A DNA stretch of 30,169 nt from Candidatus Micrarchaeota archaeon (lineage in GTDB: Archaea; Micrarchaeota; Micrarchaeia; Anstonellales; Bilamarchaeaceae): contig JBDRLQ010000026.1 in NCBI GenBank assembly GCA_043812915.1, forward strand, positions 1 through 30,169, in the 5' to 3' direction. This document shows positions 16,337 through 26,150 of this stretch, one piece after another. The first letter of the stretch is position 1; the number at the start of each line of letters is the position of its first letter. Under the pieces are notes generated by a model. The model had not been told where the DNA came from and searched no databases. It saw only the letters and a list, made by a program, of their open reading frames with translations. A program made the position numbers and the translations under genes.

Positions 16337-17530
16337 ATGCTTCTTACTGAGAAATACGCCCCAAAAAGCGTAGACTCAATGATAGGAAATGATGATGCCA
16401 GAGCGTATGTGAAGCAGTGGATGCTCAACTGCCTGGCGGGCAATAAACGGAAGGCCCTCATCGTGCATGGCCCTCCGGGAATCGGGAAGACGACGCTCGC
16501 ATATGCGCTTGCCGAGCAGTATGATCTTGAAGTAATCGAGATGAACGCCAGCGAACTCCGGAACAAGAAAAGGGTGGAGAGGGTGCTGGCCGGGGCTACC
16601 ATGGCCAGCACGCTAACCGGCCGGGGGAAACTGCTGCTGATTGATGATGTCGATGTCCTTGCGGGACGGAAGGATAGTGGGGGCGGCAGCGCAATCGCAG
16701 CCGTCCTGAAAGATGGGAACGTTCCTGCGATAGTCACCGCGACAGACATATGGGACAAGAAGGTCGCCCCCATCAGGAATTCCTGCGAGGCCGTTGCGCT
16801 CAAGAAGGTCGGGAAAATCCCGATAAAAAAATTGCTTGAAAGGGTTGCGAAGAAAGAGGGCATTGAGATGTCCGAACCTGAGATTGACGGCATAGCAACA
16901 GAAAGCGCCGGGGACGTGCGTTCTGCCCTGAACGACCTGCAGGCAAGGAGAAAAGGCGGCAGGGACCGGGAGAAGGACATATTCAACAGGGTGCGCCAGA
17001 TATTCAAGGCCCAGAAATACGCCGAAGCCAAGGAAGCGATGTTCGGCGATGTTGATTACGAGCTTGTGAAGCTCTGGATAGACGAGAACATCCCGAATGA
17101 ATATGAGACGACCGAGGATATTGCGGCGGCCTATAACATACTTTCGCGGGCGGACATGTTCGAGGGAAGGATAAGGAAGAGCAACTGGCAGCTTCTCCGC
17201 TATTCCATCGATTTGAGCACCGCCGGGGTCGCACTTGCCAAGAAAAAGCCCTACTACAAGTTCACCAAATACAGCTTCCCAGGATACCTGCGGGACATGA
17301 GCGCAACCGTGATACGCAGGGCGATGAGGAAGAGGATAGGCATCAAGATAGGCGCAGTAGTGCATTCGAACAGCAGGGATTCTCTGGAATACGTTCCGCT
17401 CATACAGGCGATGGCAAAGGATGATGGCGAATCAGTCTCAGAATTCTATGATTTTGAGGAGGATGAGCTTGCGTTCATAATGGAGACCAGCGTCAGGAAC
17501 GTGAAGACTAAAAAAACTCAGAAATCTTAG
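16337..17530 (+). CDS. rfcL: Replication factor C large subunit
   Basis: EKYAP, GPPGIGKTT, EMNAS, DDVD, GDVRSALNDLQ, WIDEN, SRADMF. Confidence 0.95.
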   Translation: MLLTEKYAPKSVDSMIGNDDARAYVKQWMLNCLAGNKRKALIVHGPPGIGKTTLAYALAEQYDLEVIEMNASELRNKKRVERVLAGATMASTLTGRGKLLLIDDVDVLAGRKDSGGGSAIAAVLKDGNVPAIVTATDIWDKKVAPIRNSCEAVALKKVGKIPIKKLLERVAKKEGIEMSEPEIDGIATESAGDVRSALNDLQARRKGGRDREKDIFNRVRQIFKAQKYAEAKEAMFGDVDYELVKLWIDENIPNEYETTEDIAAAYNILSRADMFEGRIRKSNWQLLRYSIDLSTAGVALAKKKPYYKFTKYSFPGYLRDMSATVIRRAMRKRIGIKIGAVVHSNSRDSLEYVPLIQAMAKDDGESVSEFYDFEEDELAFIMETSVRNVKTKKTQKS

Positions 17531-18992
17531 ACTGGCCTGAAGCCGTTCTCTTTTTCCCGGAGTCCCCTCTTTGAACCGGTTCCCCGGACAGTTTCCGCTG
17601 CATCTTCTGCAGGATATCCTTCATTTTCTCTTCCTTTCTCTTTGACGCGTTGGCATAGTACTCATCACGGGTGCCCTTGGTCATGAGGATTGTGATTTCG
17701 CCCTCTTTGAGCCTGGCTGCCCTACCCCTTCTCTGAATGCTCCTGATTTCACTTGGGATTGGCTCATAGAATATCACGGAATCCACCGCCGGGATATCAA
17801 GCCCTTCCTCCCCGATGCTGCTGGCGACGAGCACGCTGAAGAGGCCGGCGCGGAAGTCCTCGATTGTCTTTTCCTGCACCTTCCTTGTGAAACCGTCCTT
17901 CTTCCCGACAAACTGCCGGGCGGAAACCCCGTTCTGCTGCAGCATCTGCTCTATACGGGCAATCTGGTCCCGATACTGGGCGAACACTATCGCCTTCTTC
18001 TGCCCAAGCTGCTTGACCATCCTGAGCAGAACATCCATCTTGGGATGCTCCTCGCCGGATTCCGAAAGCTCTTTAACCCTCGCCATTCCCGGCTCTTTTA
18101 GAAGTGCGATGGCCGACTTCCCGGTTTTTTCTGAAAGCTTGAGCATATATCTCTGGAGCGGATACACGCCCTGGGTCTCAAGGAGCTCGGACATGTGAAG
18201 CAGGTGTAGAAGGATTGAATAGTGCACAAGGGCCCGGTATTTCATCCCATGCGTCATCTTCACTATGCGCTCGCGCATCTTGAGGAACAGTCCTTTGTGC
18301 CTTATCGGGGGAACCAAGCCCATCGCAGACATGCTGCGCGCGTATTTGCTTACCATTTTGTCAAGTTCGGCCTTTATCACCCTGAGGGTGGGCGAGAGCA
18401 TCACCGGCACGACCTTCAGGGAGCTTTTCTGGACGTACTCCGACACATCCGAATCGAAATGCGTGCGGATTTCTATGTTCTTTATGTGGAGGTTCTCCAG
18501 CACCTCCTGTATCCTCTCCCTTTTCCCGCCAGGGGAGGCGGTGAGCGCCACAACCAGTGAATTCTTGAGGGCGGCTGCGATAGGAACGTACGCGTAATCG
18601 CCAACCGCCCGATGCGCCTCATCGATTATGCACAATGCGAAATCCGTGCCGAGCCTCTTTTTATCGAGGTCATTACGGATTGTCTGGGGGGTGCTGATAA
18701 CAACATCGGTCTTGTACTGCTCTTTCCGCTTCTCCGGCGAGGTCTCGCCAGTAACCAGCGAGACGTTCTTGTCGGATAACTCAAGTATGCCCTTCACACT
18801 CTCAAAATGCTGCCTCGCCAGCGGCTTGGTAGGAGTCATGAAAAGGCACCGGCCGTCTTTCATCTTCTGGGCGATTAGCATCAGTGCAATCAGCGTCTTC
18901 CCAAGGCCTGTCGGAAGTACGACCAGCGTATTGCCTTTTTCCATGATTGACTGGTAGATTGAGCGCTGATATTCCCGCGGAGTGAGCTTCAC
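17508..18992 (-). CDS. Hef/FANCM/Mph1-like SF2 helicase, helicase-only, with a C-terminal PIP box
   Basis: PREYQ, LPTGLGKT, DEAHRA, LTASPG, HPK, SIGEEGLDIP, QRRGR. Ends QSKISEFF. Likely GTG start at 18992. Confidence 0.92.
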   Translation of the reverse strand: MKLTPREYQRSIYQSIMEKGNTLVVLPTGLGKTLIALMLIAQKMKDGRCLFMTPTKPLARQHFESVKGILELSDKNVSLVTGETSPEKRKEQYKTDVVISTPQTIRNDLDKKRLGTDFALCIIDEAHRAVGDYAYVPIAAALKNSLVVALTASPGGKRERIQEVLENLHIKNIEIRTHFDSDVSEYVQKSSLKVVPVMLSPTLRVIKAELDKMVSKYARSMSAMGLVPPIRHKGLFLKMRERIVKMTHGMKYRALVHYSILLHLLHMSELLETQGVYPLQRYMLKLSEKTGKSAIALLKEPGMARVKELSESGEEHPKMDVLLRMVKQLGQKKAIVFAQYRDQIARIEQMLQQNGVSARQFVGKKDGFTRKVQEKTIEDFRAGLFSVLVASSIGEEGLDIPAVDSVIFYEPIPSEIRSIQRRGRAARLKEGEITILMTKGTRDEYYANASKRKEEKMKDILQKMQRKLSGEPVQRGDSGKKRTASGQSKISEFF

Positions 18993-19055
18993 GGAGTGAT
19001 ATCGCTGGCTATGTTTAAAATCCAGGAGCCTCATGCAGCCCCACGGCATTCGGAA

Positions 19056-19703
19056 TCAGAATAATGATTTCCGAAGAATTCGGTATGCCTTCATGAAATC
19101 CTCGTCTTTGACTATTATCACGAGTTCTGTATAGGTTGAGATAATCTCCATTATGTTGATGTTGTGCCAGGAGAGCTCCTTTAGCGCATAAACAATGAAT
19201 CCGGGGGTGCTGAACATCTCCTCGCTGAAAGCGATTGATATCTGGGAGACGTTCTTGAGCTCTGCTAGCACCTGCTCCCCTTCGAGAAGCTCCCTGACCC
19301 TCTTCTCCAGCCTCTCGCTGAATATGAAGGTCGTCTGTCGGTTGCCGTGCGTGACGTTGGCGATGCTCCCTTTCCTTACATCCTCCATATCATAGACATC
19401 CTGCACGATTGCAGGAACCCTCTGCGAGCGGACGACGGTTATCTCCATCAGGTTGGAGTTGCTCGTTATCTCCTCTGCCTGGAATTTCTTCTTCTGCTCA
19501 TACAGCTTCTCGGCTTTTTCGCTAATTCTTTTTAGCGCGATAACGATAGCGGAGTCCTTCACCTTTTTTCCAGTTTCCTTCTCCACTTCCTCCCGGAGAT
19601 ACCTGGCAAGCTTTGAGTAGTTGATTAGGTCCTTGGACAGGGCAATTTCTATCGAGGGGTTCTCCTTCACCATCTTTTCGACTATTCGTGATACGCTGAC
19701 CAT
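19056..19703 (-). CDS. ACT-domain protein with N-terminal helical domain; putative amino-acid-responsive regulator
   Basis: N-terminal LINYSKLARYL...AI..AL.R. C-terminal ACT domain TPG....L....INI.EIISTYTEL. Confidence 0.75.
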   Translation of the reverse strand: MVSVSRIVEKMVKENPSIEIALSKDLINYSKLARYLREEVEKETGKKVKDSAIVIALKRISEKAEKLYEQKKKFQAEEITSNSNLMEITVVRSQRVPAIVQDVYDMEDVRKGSIANVTHGNRQTTFIFSERLEKRVRELLEGEQVLAELKNVSQISIAFSEEMFSTPGFIVYALKELSWHNINIMEIISTYTELVIIVKDEDFMKAYRILRKSLF

Positions 19704-19830
19704 TTTAGGCACCTGGAACTGTTTAATTTGTTACAATCTGTTTGTTTTAAAACTTATTCGGATTTTTTTGTTCGAGAAATTACATCAACTTAATATAAAA
19801 TAACAAACACAGCTTGAGATAGGGAGAAAC

Positions 19831-20826
19831 ATGATTCAGCTACGCAGAGAAAGACCGCTAGATAAAGCAAGGATTGGAACAGAGCTGATGTGGCCGCCAC
19901 GGGCAGACCGGGCCAGTATGCTTGACAGGGTTTCAGGGAAGGTCATTGAAAATGGAAATGACAGGCTAAGGGCATTCGCCCCGGCTGTATTGAATAAGAG
20001 GAACTCCGAAGGAATAATGCGCCAGGCGAGGGAAGCTGGCGAGCGGGAAGAAGTAAGCAGAATCACGATGCGCGCAGTTGTCCGGCCGGAGGATGCGGAG
20101 GTGGTATGTGCAACAGCCGCCTATGCAGGGCTTCCAAGAGAAGGGCAGATAATGATGGATGGGCGGCTTCTGGTGTATTTCGGGCGAAATTCCGGTATGC
20201 GCAGGGTGTCGACGGAAACCAGCCTTGGGCAGAGGGCATCGGCATCCCAAATCATGGCAAGAGCGCCGAAAACGGAGGAGCAGCTTCTGGGCATTATCCG
20301 GGCAAACGGATATGTGTTTGGTGATACTGTAAATGAGCGGGATTTCGAGAGGCTGGTTGAGTTGTACGGCACCTGCCTTCCAAGATACTGCGTAACCCTG
20401 GATTCCAATAAGCTCACTGAGCTTTTCATGAATCCTGAAAACGCCTTTGCGGTGATTCGGGAAAGAGGCCGGATAATCGCCGCTGCGGTTGCCGAGCAGT
20501 CCATAATAGCGATTTCAGGAGCGAGCCTGCATGACGTGGAGATAAGCGAATGCGTAACCGACCCTGGGCACAGGGGCAAGGGGCTGATGAGCGCCATCAT
20601 CCACAGGCTGATTAGCAGCATCAGGATGGGCAGAGATACCTTGATCTATTCGGAATCAAGGGCAGGCTTCGCCCCCATCAACGCGGCCATGAGGAACAAT
20701 GGCATGGTGCACAGCGGATGGCTTGAGAAAGCGGTCGTGATAGGTGAGAACGGCCCTGTTGAAGGGCCGGGGCAGTTCGAGCATATGGAAAGCCTGAATG
20801 TGTGGGCACTCCAGAGGTCATCTTGA
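19831..20826 (+). CDS. GNAT acetyltransferase resembling beta-lysine N-acetyltransferase AblB/YodP
   Basis: Acetyl-CoA motif VTDPGHRGKGLMS. The tail YSESRA...IN....G....GWL...ESLNVW matches the AblB/YodP pattern. Confidence 0.75.
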   Translation: MIQLRRERPLDKARIGTELMWPPRADRASMLDRVSGKVIENGNDRLRAFAPAVLNKRNSEGIMRQAREAGEREEVSRITMRAVVRPEDAEVVCATAAYAGLPREGQIMMDGRLLVYFGRNSGMRRVSTETSLGQRASASQIMARAPKTEEQLLGIIRANGYVFGDTVNERDFERLVELYGTCLPRYCVTLDSNKLTELFMNPENAFAVIRERGRIIAAAVAEQSIIAISGASLHDVEISECVTDPGHRGKGLMSAIIHRLISSIRMGRDTLIYSESRAGFAPINAAMRNNGMVHSGWLEKAVVIGENGPVEGPGQFEHMESLNVWALQRSS

Positions 20827-21911
20827 TGGGATTGCTGCGGCAGCTTGTTGCAATAGACTCCTCGTTCCCTAATGAAAAGGCGATGGGCGGATTCCTGGCC
20901 CGCGCGCTGGAGGAGAGAGGCTTCCAGGTTGAAACGCAGGAAGTGTTCCCAGGGCGGTTCAATGTTCTGGCAGAGCGGCAGGGGAGGAATGGGAGGTCCC
21001 TTGGCTTGTACGGGCACATGGACACTGTCCCGGTCCAGGGCAAGTGGGAGGAAGACCCATTCGCACTCAGAAAAGATGGGGACAAGCTGATTGGTCTTGG
21101 CGCCTATGACATGAAGGCAGGAATCGCAGTAATCCTGAACGCTGTTGACATGGAATGTGACTGCAATCTGAAGGTGGCTTTCGGGGTTGATGAGGAGAAC
21201 AATTCCGCAGGCTCGTTCGGGATTGTTAAGAAGGGTTTCTTCAGGGGGTGTGAGCTGATAATGGTACCTGAAATCAATGATTCGCCTTCGCAGGAAGAAG
21301 GGACAATCCTCCTTGGACGGAGAGGTCGAAGTGTCTATGACATCCTTGTCCGCGGCCAGTCCTGCCATGCCGCGCATGGAGGGGGGCTGAACGCGATTTC
21401 AGAAGCTGCGAAAGTCATCTCCGCACTGGATGAGATGGAAAACACCGTGGATGGGATTCTTGGACAGGGCAGCCAATTCGTTAGCCGGATTGAGGGAGCC
21501 GCAAAGTCGCTTTCCTACCCGGAGGAATGCCTTGTCGTCCTAGACAGGCATTTGGTAGGGGATGAAACTTCGCAGTCTGTTCTGGAAAGGCTGCGGGAGT
21601 ACCTTGCCGGAAGGAATCTTGATGTCGAAGTAACGCTAAGGCCCAGAGAAAGCCCGTACCTGCAGCCATATTCCGTTCCAAGGGAAAATCCGGCCGTGCA
21701 GAAAGCGCATAGGCTGATAGAGCCCGTCTACCAGAAGGTATGCTATTCCGCCGGGCGCTCTGTTGCAGATGAATGCGTTCTGGCAACAGTCGCTCCAGTG
21801 CTCTGCCTTGGGCCGATTGGTGGGAATCCGCACAGGGAGGATGAGTGGGTGAGCGGGGCAAGCCTGGAGAGGCTGGAAGAAGCTTATAAGAAAATTGTAA
21901 AGGGATGGTGA
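20826..21911 (+). CDS. M20 family metallopeptidase/deacylase (ArgE/DapE-like)
   Basis: GHMDTV, GLGAYDMKAG, DEE, G.SCHAA, H..DEW. TGATG coupling to the GNAT gene (alternative start 20802). Confidence 0.92.
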   Translation: MGLLRQLVAIDSSFPNEKAMGGFLARALEERGFQVETQEVFPGRFNVLAERQGRNGRSLGLYGHMDTVPVQGKWEEDPFALRKDGDKLIGLGAYDMKAGIAVILNAVDMECDCNLKVAFGVDEENNSAGSFGIVKKGFFRGCELIMVPEINDSPSQEEGTILLGRRGRSVYDILVRGQSCHAAHGGGLNAISEAAKVISALDEMENTVDGILGQGSQFVSRIEGAAKSLSYPEECLVVLDRHLVGDETSQSVLERLREYLAGRNLDVEVTLRPRESPYLQPYSVPRENPAVQKAHRLIEPVYQKVCYSAGRSVADECVLATVAPVLCLGPIGGNPHREDEWVSGASLERLEEAYKKIVKGW

Positions 21912-21912
21912 G

Positions 21913-22782
21913 CTACTTCAGCTCATCATACGCCTTTGAAAGGTCTATTCCTAGCTTCTGCTTCACAAGCGGAGTATCCTTAATCTGCGGTAGCGTTGAC
22001 TCGAATGTCGGCCTCTGGGTCTTGTAGAAAACGCCGATTGGAATCTTATTGTATTCCGTATCCTCATCCTCGCGGGCCTTCTTCATTGCAGCATCCCAGT
22101 TTGAAGAATCATGACCGGAATCCTCGAGCTTGTACACCCTCTCCTGGAACCAGGGGTAGGTGTTGAGCTTGTTGAAGGTCACGCATGGCTGGAAGACATC
22201 CACAAAGGAGAAGCCCTTATGGGCAATCGCCTGCTTGAACAGCTCCTTAAGGTGTGCCGGGTCGCCAACGAATCCTCTTGCGATGAATGTCGCACCGCCG
22301 TTTATCGCAACTGACAATGGCCTGAACGGCTCCTCAACAACTCCCCAGGGGGTGGTCTTGGTCTTCATCCCCAGCTGGCTTGTTGGGGATGCCTGACCTG
22401 TTGTGAGACCGTAAATCTGGTTGTCATGGACTATGTAGGTCAAATCATAGTTCCTTCTCATGATGTGGATAAAGTGCTGCACGCCGATCCCGTATCCGTC
22501 CCCATCGCCCCCGACAGAGACCACGTTGAGGTCTGTGTTGGCAAGCTTGATGGCGGAGGCGACAGGAAGGCCACGGCCATGGATGCTCTCGAACCCATAG
22601 GTGTTCACATAGTGGGGAAGCTTGCTGGAACAGCCGATTCCTGAAACTATCACGGTCTCATGGCTCTTCAGTCCCAGATCTGCCATAGCTCCCTTGAGCG
22701 CGGATATCAGCCCGAAGTTCCCGCATCCGGGGCACCACTGGATTTTTTCTTTAACATTGAAATCGTTTATCGTAACTGTCAT
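21913..22782 (-). CDS. korB: 2-oxoacid:ferredoxin oxidoreductase beta subunit
   Basis: WCPGCG, SGIGCS, HGR, TPP motif GGDGD...N..YGLT.GQ.SPT, QPCVT. Confidence 0.95.
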   Translation of the reverse strand: MTVTINDFNVKEKIQWCPGCGNFGLISALKGAMADLGLKSHETVIVSGIGCSSKLPHYVNTYGFESIHGRGLPVASAIKLANTDLNVVSVGGDGDGYGIGVQHFIHIMRRNYDLTYIVHDNQIYGLTTGQASPTSQLGMKTKTTPWGVVEEPFRPLSVAINGGATFIARGFVGDPAHLKELFKQAIAHKGFSFVDVFQPCVTFNKLNTYPWFQERVYKLEDSGHDSSNWDAAMKKAREDEDTEYNKIPIGVFYKTQRPTFESTLPQIKDTPLVKQKLGIDLSKAYDELK

Positions 22783-22791
22783 AGCAATCAC

Positions 22792-24600
22792 CTACAAACC
22801 ATGCCTCTGGGGATTGTAATACTCCAGATCCTCCTTCTCAACTACCCTGATTTCCTTATCTGCCCTGAACTTCTTGGCAGCGAGCCTTGCGACCTGCTCG
22901 GTTATCTGCTCGGCAAAGAACTGCCTTCCATCATACTTGAGCATAAGGAAGTCAGGCTCGAAGCCACAGTGCTCCTTCAGAATTCCAGCGAACTGCCCCG
23001 TGGAGTTATTCTCAATCAGGATTGTCTTTCCTGCGACGGACAGGGCCTTCTGCACCTTCGCCGGGTCAAGCGGATGGACTACTGAGAACTGCAGCAGGTT
23101 CGCCTTCACGCCTTCCTCCTTGAGCATCTCAAGGGCGTCGAGCGCAGGCATCTTGTGCGAGCCCCAGGTAATCAAAGTGACATCCGCCTTCTTCGGTCCA
23201 TATAGCTTCGGGCCGGGCAGGTCCTTGAGAAGCCCGGGGAGCTTTGCCGCCCTCTTGTCCACCTGCTTTGTGCGCATTATGAAGCTCTCGGAGCTGAATC
23301 CGGTCTCATCATGCTCATAAGAAGTGCCGACGTGCATTCCGTTGGGGGTTCCTGGGAAGACACGCGGGGATACGCCATCCTTTGTGAGCTCATATCTCTT
23401 GAACCTGGTATTGGGCGGCAGTGCCGGGAGCTTGTCCACGACCTTCCCCCGCTCGATTTTTACGCTCTCGTCATTGAAGCTCTCGCATGAGAAGACGGTC
23501 TCTGCAAGGAACTTATCTGAGATGATAATTACCGGCAGCTGGTATTTCTCAGCAATGTTGAACGCCTCTGCAGAGAGCAGGAATGATTCTTCAATATCCC
23601 CTGGAGCGAGTATCACCCTCAGGAAATCCCCCTGGGAGGCATGCAGCGCAAAGCGCAGGTCCGCCTGCTCTGTCCATGTTGGCATTCCGGTGCTCGGGCC
23701 GACCCTCTGGACAAGAGCCGCAACTATGGGGGCTTCGGCAAGAGCCGCCATCCCAAGTGCTTCGACCATCAGCGCGAATCCGCCACCTGAGGTTCCAGTC
23801 ATTGAGCGCACTCCGGCAAAAGAAGCTCCGGTGGTGTAATTCATGGCAGCAATCTCATCTTCGGTCTGCTTCACCACTATATTGAAGTTCCGCTCGTTCG
23901 CAAACAAATAGTGCAATATTGAGGATGCAGGGGTCATCGGGTACGCGGAATAGAATTTCATCCCACCCTTGACAGCCCCAAGGGCAACTGCCTCATTTCC
24001 GGAAACGAGCATCATCCTCTTCTTTGACAATGGCTTGAGCTTGAGCTGGAAATCCTCATTTTTAGCCTTCAGAAAATCATAGCCCGCCTTTGCGGCCGCG
24101 ATATTCTTCTGGACGATTTCCCCGCCTTTCCTCTTGAACTCGTCCTCAATGACGCCAGCGAGTATCTCGAATGGGTAATCCACAAGCGCAAGAGCGGATG
24201 CGAGCGCAACGGTGTTGCGCATCCTCTCCATCCCCCCAGCCTCCTCTATGAGCTTTTTGAGGGGAACCGCAATCGCCTTCACGCCCGAGGGCAGCTCGAA
24301 CGCGCTGATGTCCAGGACCTCATCATATAGTATTACCCCTCCGGTATTCAGGAAGTCCTTGTGGTAGAAGACAGCGTCCCTGTTGAGGGCGATTACCAAA
24401 TCGCACTTCTGCCTTGGGGATTTTACGCCGTTGTCGCTCACCAGCACCTCGACCACATTGTGCCCCCCACGGACAAGGGAGGGATATTCGGGATATCCGA
24501 TAACGTTGAATCCGCCCCTTGTGAAGCACTTGGCCATCATCCTTCCCGTAACCATAACGCCAGCGCCAGCCTGTGCGCCTATCTTGCAGCTAAATAACAT
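22792..24600 (-). CDS. korA: 2-oxoacid:ferredoxin oxidoreductase alpha subunit (gamma-alpha fusion)
   Basis: G.GV, RGG, GNEA, YPMTP, EDEIAA, TSGGG, QR.GPSTG.PT, E.N..GQ. Start placed at MLFSCK. Confidence 0.95.
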   Translation of the reverse strand: MLFSCKIGAQAGAGVMVTGRMMAKCFTRGGFNVIGYPEYPSLVRGGHNVVEVLVSDNGVKSPRQKCDLVIALNRDAVFYHKDFLNTGGVILYDEVLDISAFELPSGVKAIAVPLKKLIEEAGGMERMRNTVALASALALVDYPFEILAGVIEDEFKRKGGEIVQKNIAAAKAGYDFLKAKNEDFQLKLKPLSKKRMMLVSGNEAVALGAVKGGMKFYSAYPMTPASSILHYLFANERNFNIVVKQTEDEIAAMNYTTGASFAGVRSMTGTSGGGFALMVEALGMAALAEAPIVAALVQRVGPSTGMPTWTEQADLRFALHASQGDFLRVILAPGDIEESFLLSAEAFNIAEKYQLPVIIISDKFLAETVFSCESFNDESVKIERGKVVDKLPALPPNTRFKRYELTKDGVSPRVFPGTPNGMHVGTSYEHDETGFSSESFIMRTKQVDKRAAKLPGLLKDLPGPKLYGPKKADVTLITWGSHKMPALDALEMLKEEGVKANLLQFSVVHPLDPAKVQKALSVAGKTILIENNSTGQFAGILKEHCGFEPDFLMLKYDGRQFFAEQITEQVARLAAKKFRADKEIRVVEKEDLEYYNPQRHGL

Positions 24601-24752
24601 ATCATCACATCTAACCAGTCGGGTTATGGCTTCTGGAAAAGGATTTTTAACTCTATCGAAGTGGCTATCGTCTTTTGTCGGGAGAGGCAGGCAGCAGAAA
24701 AACGGGTGCATGAGCGTTAGGTTTTAATACCCTTTCACACAATAAATCTCTT

Positions 24753-26150
24753 ATGACAACTACTAAATATAAGACTTCAGGTAAACCCACGTTAGAGCAG
24801 CGGGTGGGCCCGCAGACACATATAGTGAAGCTTGGAAGGCCGCTTATTGTCGATCCGCACATGGGATTCATAGGGAGCATCACAGAACATAAAGGAAAGG
24901 TGATTACCCCTGAGCAGCACGCTGCAGGAAGGATGGGTACCGTTTCCCTGAAGCGCCAGTTCGTAGCTGCCCAGGAACTACTGGAAAAGAACATGCTTGG
25001 TGAAGATGAAGGGCCATACCAGGACAGGCATGGCAGCGTGATGGCATTCAAGGAGAGTGTGGAGGAACTGATGGGCAACCCCCCTGCAAATGAGAAGCTC
25101 ATGAGGCTGCTGGAAGTGCTTGTCAATGTCCTCAAGCCGGTCGACCTTCCCGGAGAGGAGGAAATAGAGGCGCATTTTCAGAGGAAGTTCCACGATATGA
25201 CATACGGATTCATGTTCAAGCGCGGGGTGACCGTGAATAAGGATGGCCCGCTGGTTGCAGGAGACATACTCACACAAAAGGAAAGGGTCATGGAACATGA
25301 GGAGCTTGGGCGGAACCTGGTGGCAATAGACAACCCGCTCCACCTTGTGATGCTAGCAGTTTCTGTCCTAAGGATGGCAGGATGCCCCGCATATGCCGCG
25401 ATGGCAAGGAAGAAGATTCCGAACGCTCCGATGGGGATTCCGGGAAAGGTTCCGCTGGTAGCGGTTCTGAACGCCGATCTGAGCCTGGACATGGATCCGG
25501 CGGACCCGCTGGCAGCAGTGACCTCGCTTTCACAGGACCTTCCGGTGATGGAATCGATAGAGCTCCTTACAGACAGGGCAGTGATGTCAATGCTCCACGC
25601 GCAGGGAGCGCTTAACAGGATAATCAGGACTCTTGATAAAATGGAGGAGAAGGCGGCGTTAAGGACCACTAGTGAGGAGGAGGGAATGGCGCCTGGAACC
25701 CTGACGTTCGTTGAGCCTCCGGTCAGCCTGCTGGACATAGCACAGGCATACAGGAGGATAATGGGTGTGATTTATGATGGTGAGTTCATTGAGGCAGCCA
25801 CAATGGCTGGCAGCGACCTGTGGAACGCCTATGCGCTATGGCCTGACCCCGAGGAGGTGAAGGGAAAGGACCTTGGCTACATGCACGTGAAGGCTCCGAT
25901 GATACTTATTGCGGGCAACGAGCAGGCACCAGGGCTGATACGCGCTTTCGTCCAGAGCTCCATGGGGCTTGCGAAGGAGTGCCTCAAGAGGCTGCCATCC
26001 CAGTTCGGCCTGAGGCCTGAAAACTCCAGAGAATGGATTGGTGCTTTCAATGTCGGGGAGAGGCTGATGAACGCGACAAGAGAGGAATTTTCCAGGAGGA
26101 GGGATGAGGCAGTCAAGGCGATTGAAGGCGAGGCAGAAAAAGCCAGGTGA
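24753..26150 (+). CDS. Hypothetical protein, paralogue of the downstream gene
   Basis: 465-aa ORF with a TATA-like sequence upstream. Shares motifs with 26147..27433. Confidence 0.8.
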   Translation: MTTTKYKTSGKPTLEQRVGPQTHIVKLGRPLIVDPHMGFIGSITEHKGKVITPEQHAAGRMGTVSLKRQFVAAQELLEKNMLGEDEGPYQDRHGSVMAFKESVEELMGNPPANEKLMRLLEVLVNVLKPVDLPGEEEIEAHFQRKFHDMTYGFMFKRGVTVNKDGPLVAGDILTQKERVMEHEELGRNLVAIDNPLHLVMLAVSVLRMAGCPAYAAMARKKIPNAPMGIPGKVPLVAVLNADLSLDMDPADPLAAVTSLSQDLPVMESIELLTDRAVMSMLHAQGALNRIIRTLDKMEEKAALRTTSEEEGMAPGTLTFVEPPVSLLDIAQAYRRIMGVIYDGEFIEAATMAGSDLWNAYALWPDPEEVKGKDLGYMHVKAPMILIAGNEQAPGLIRAFVQSSMGLAKECLKRLPSQFGLRPENSREWIGAFNVGERLMNATREEFSRRRDEAVKAIEGEAEKAR

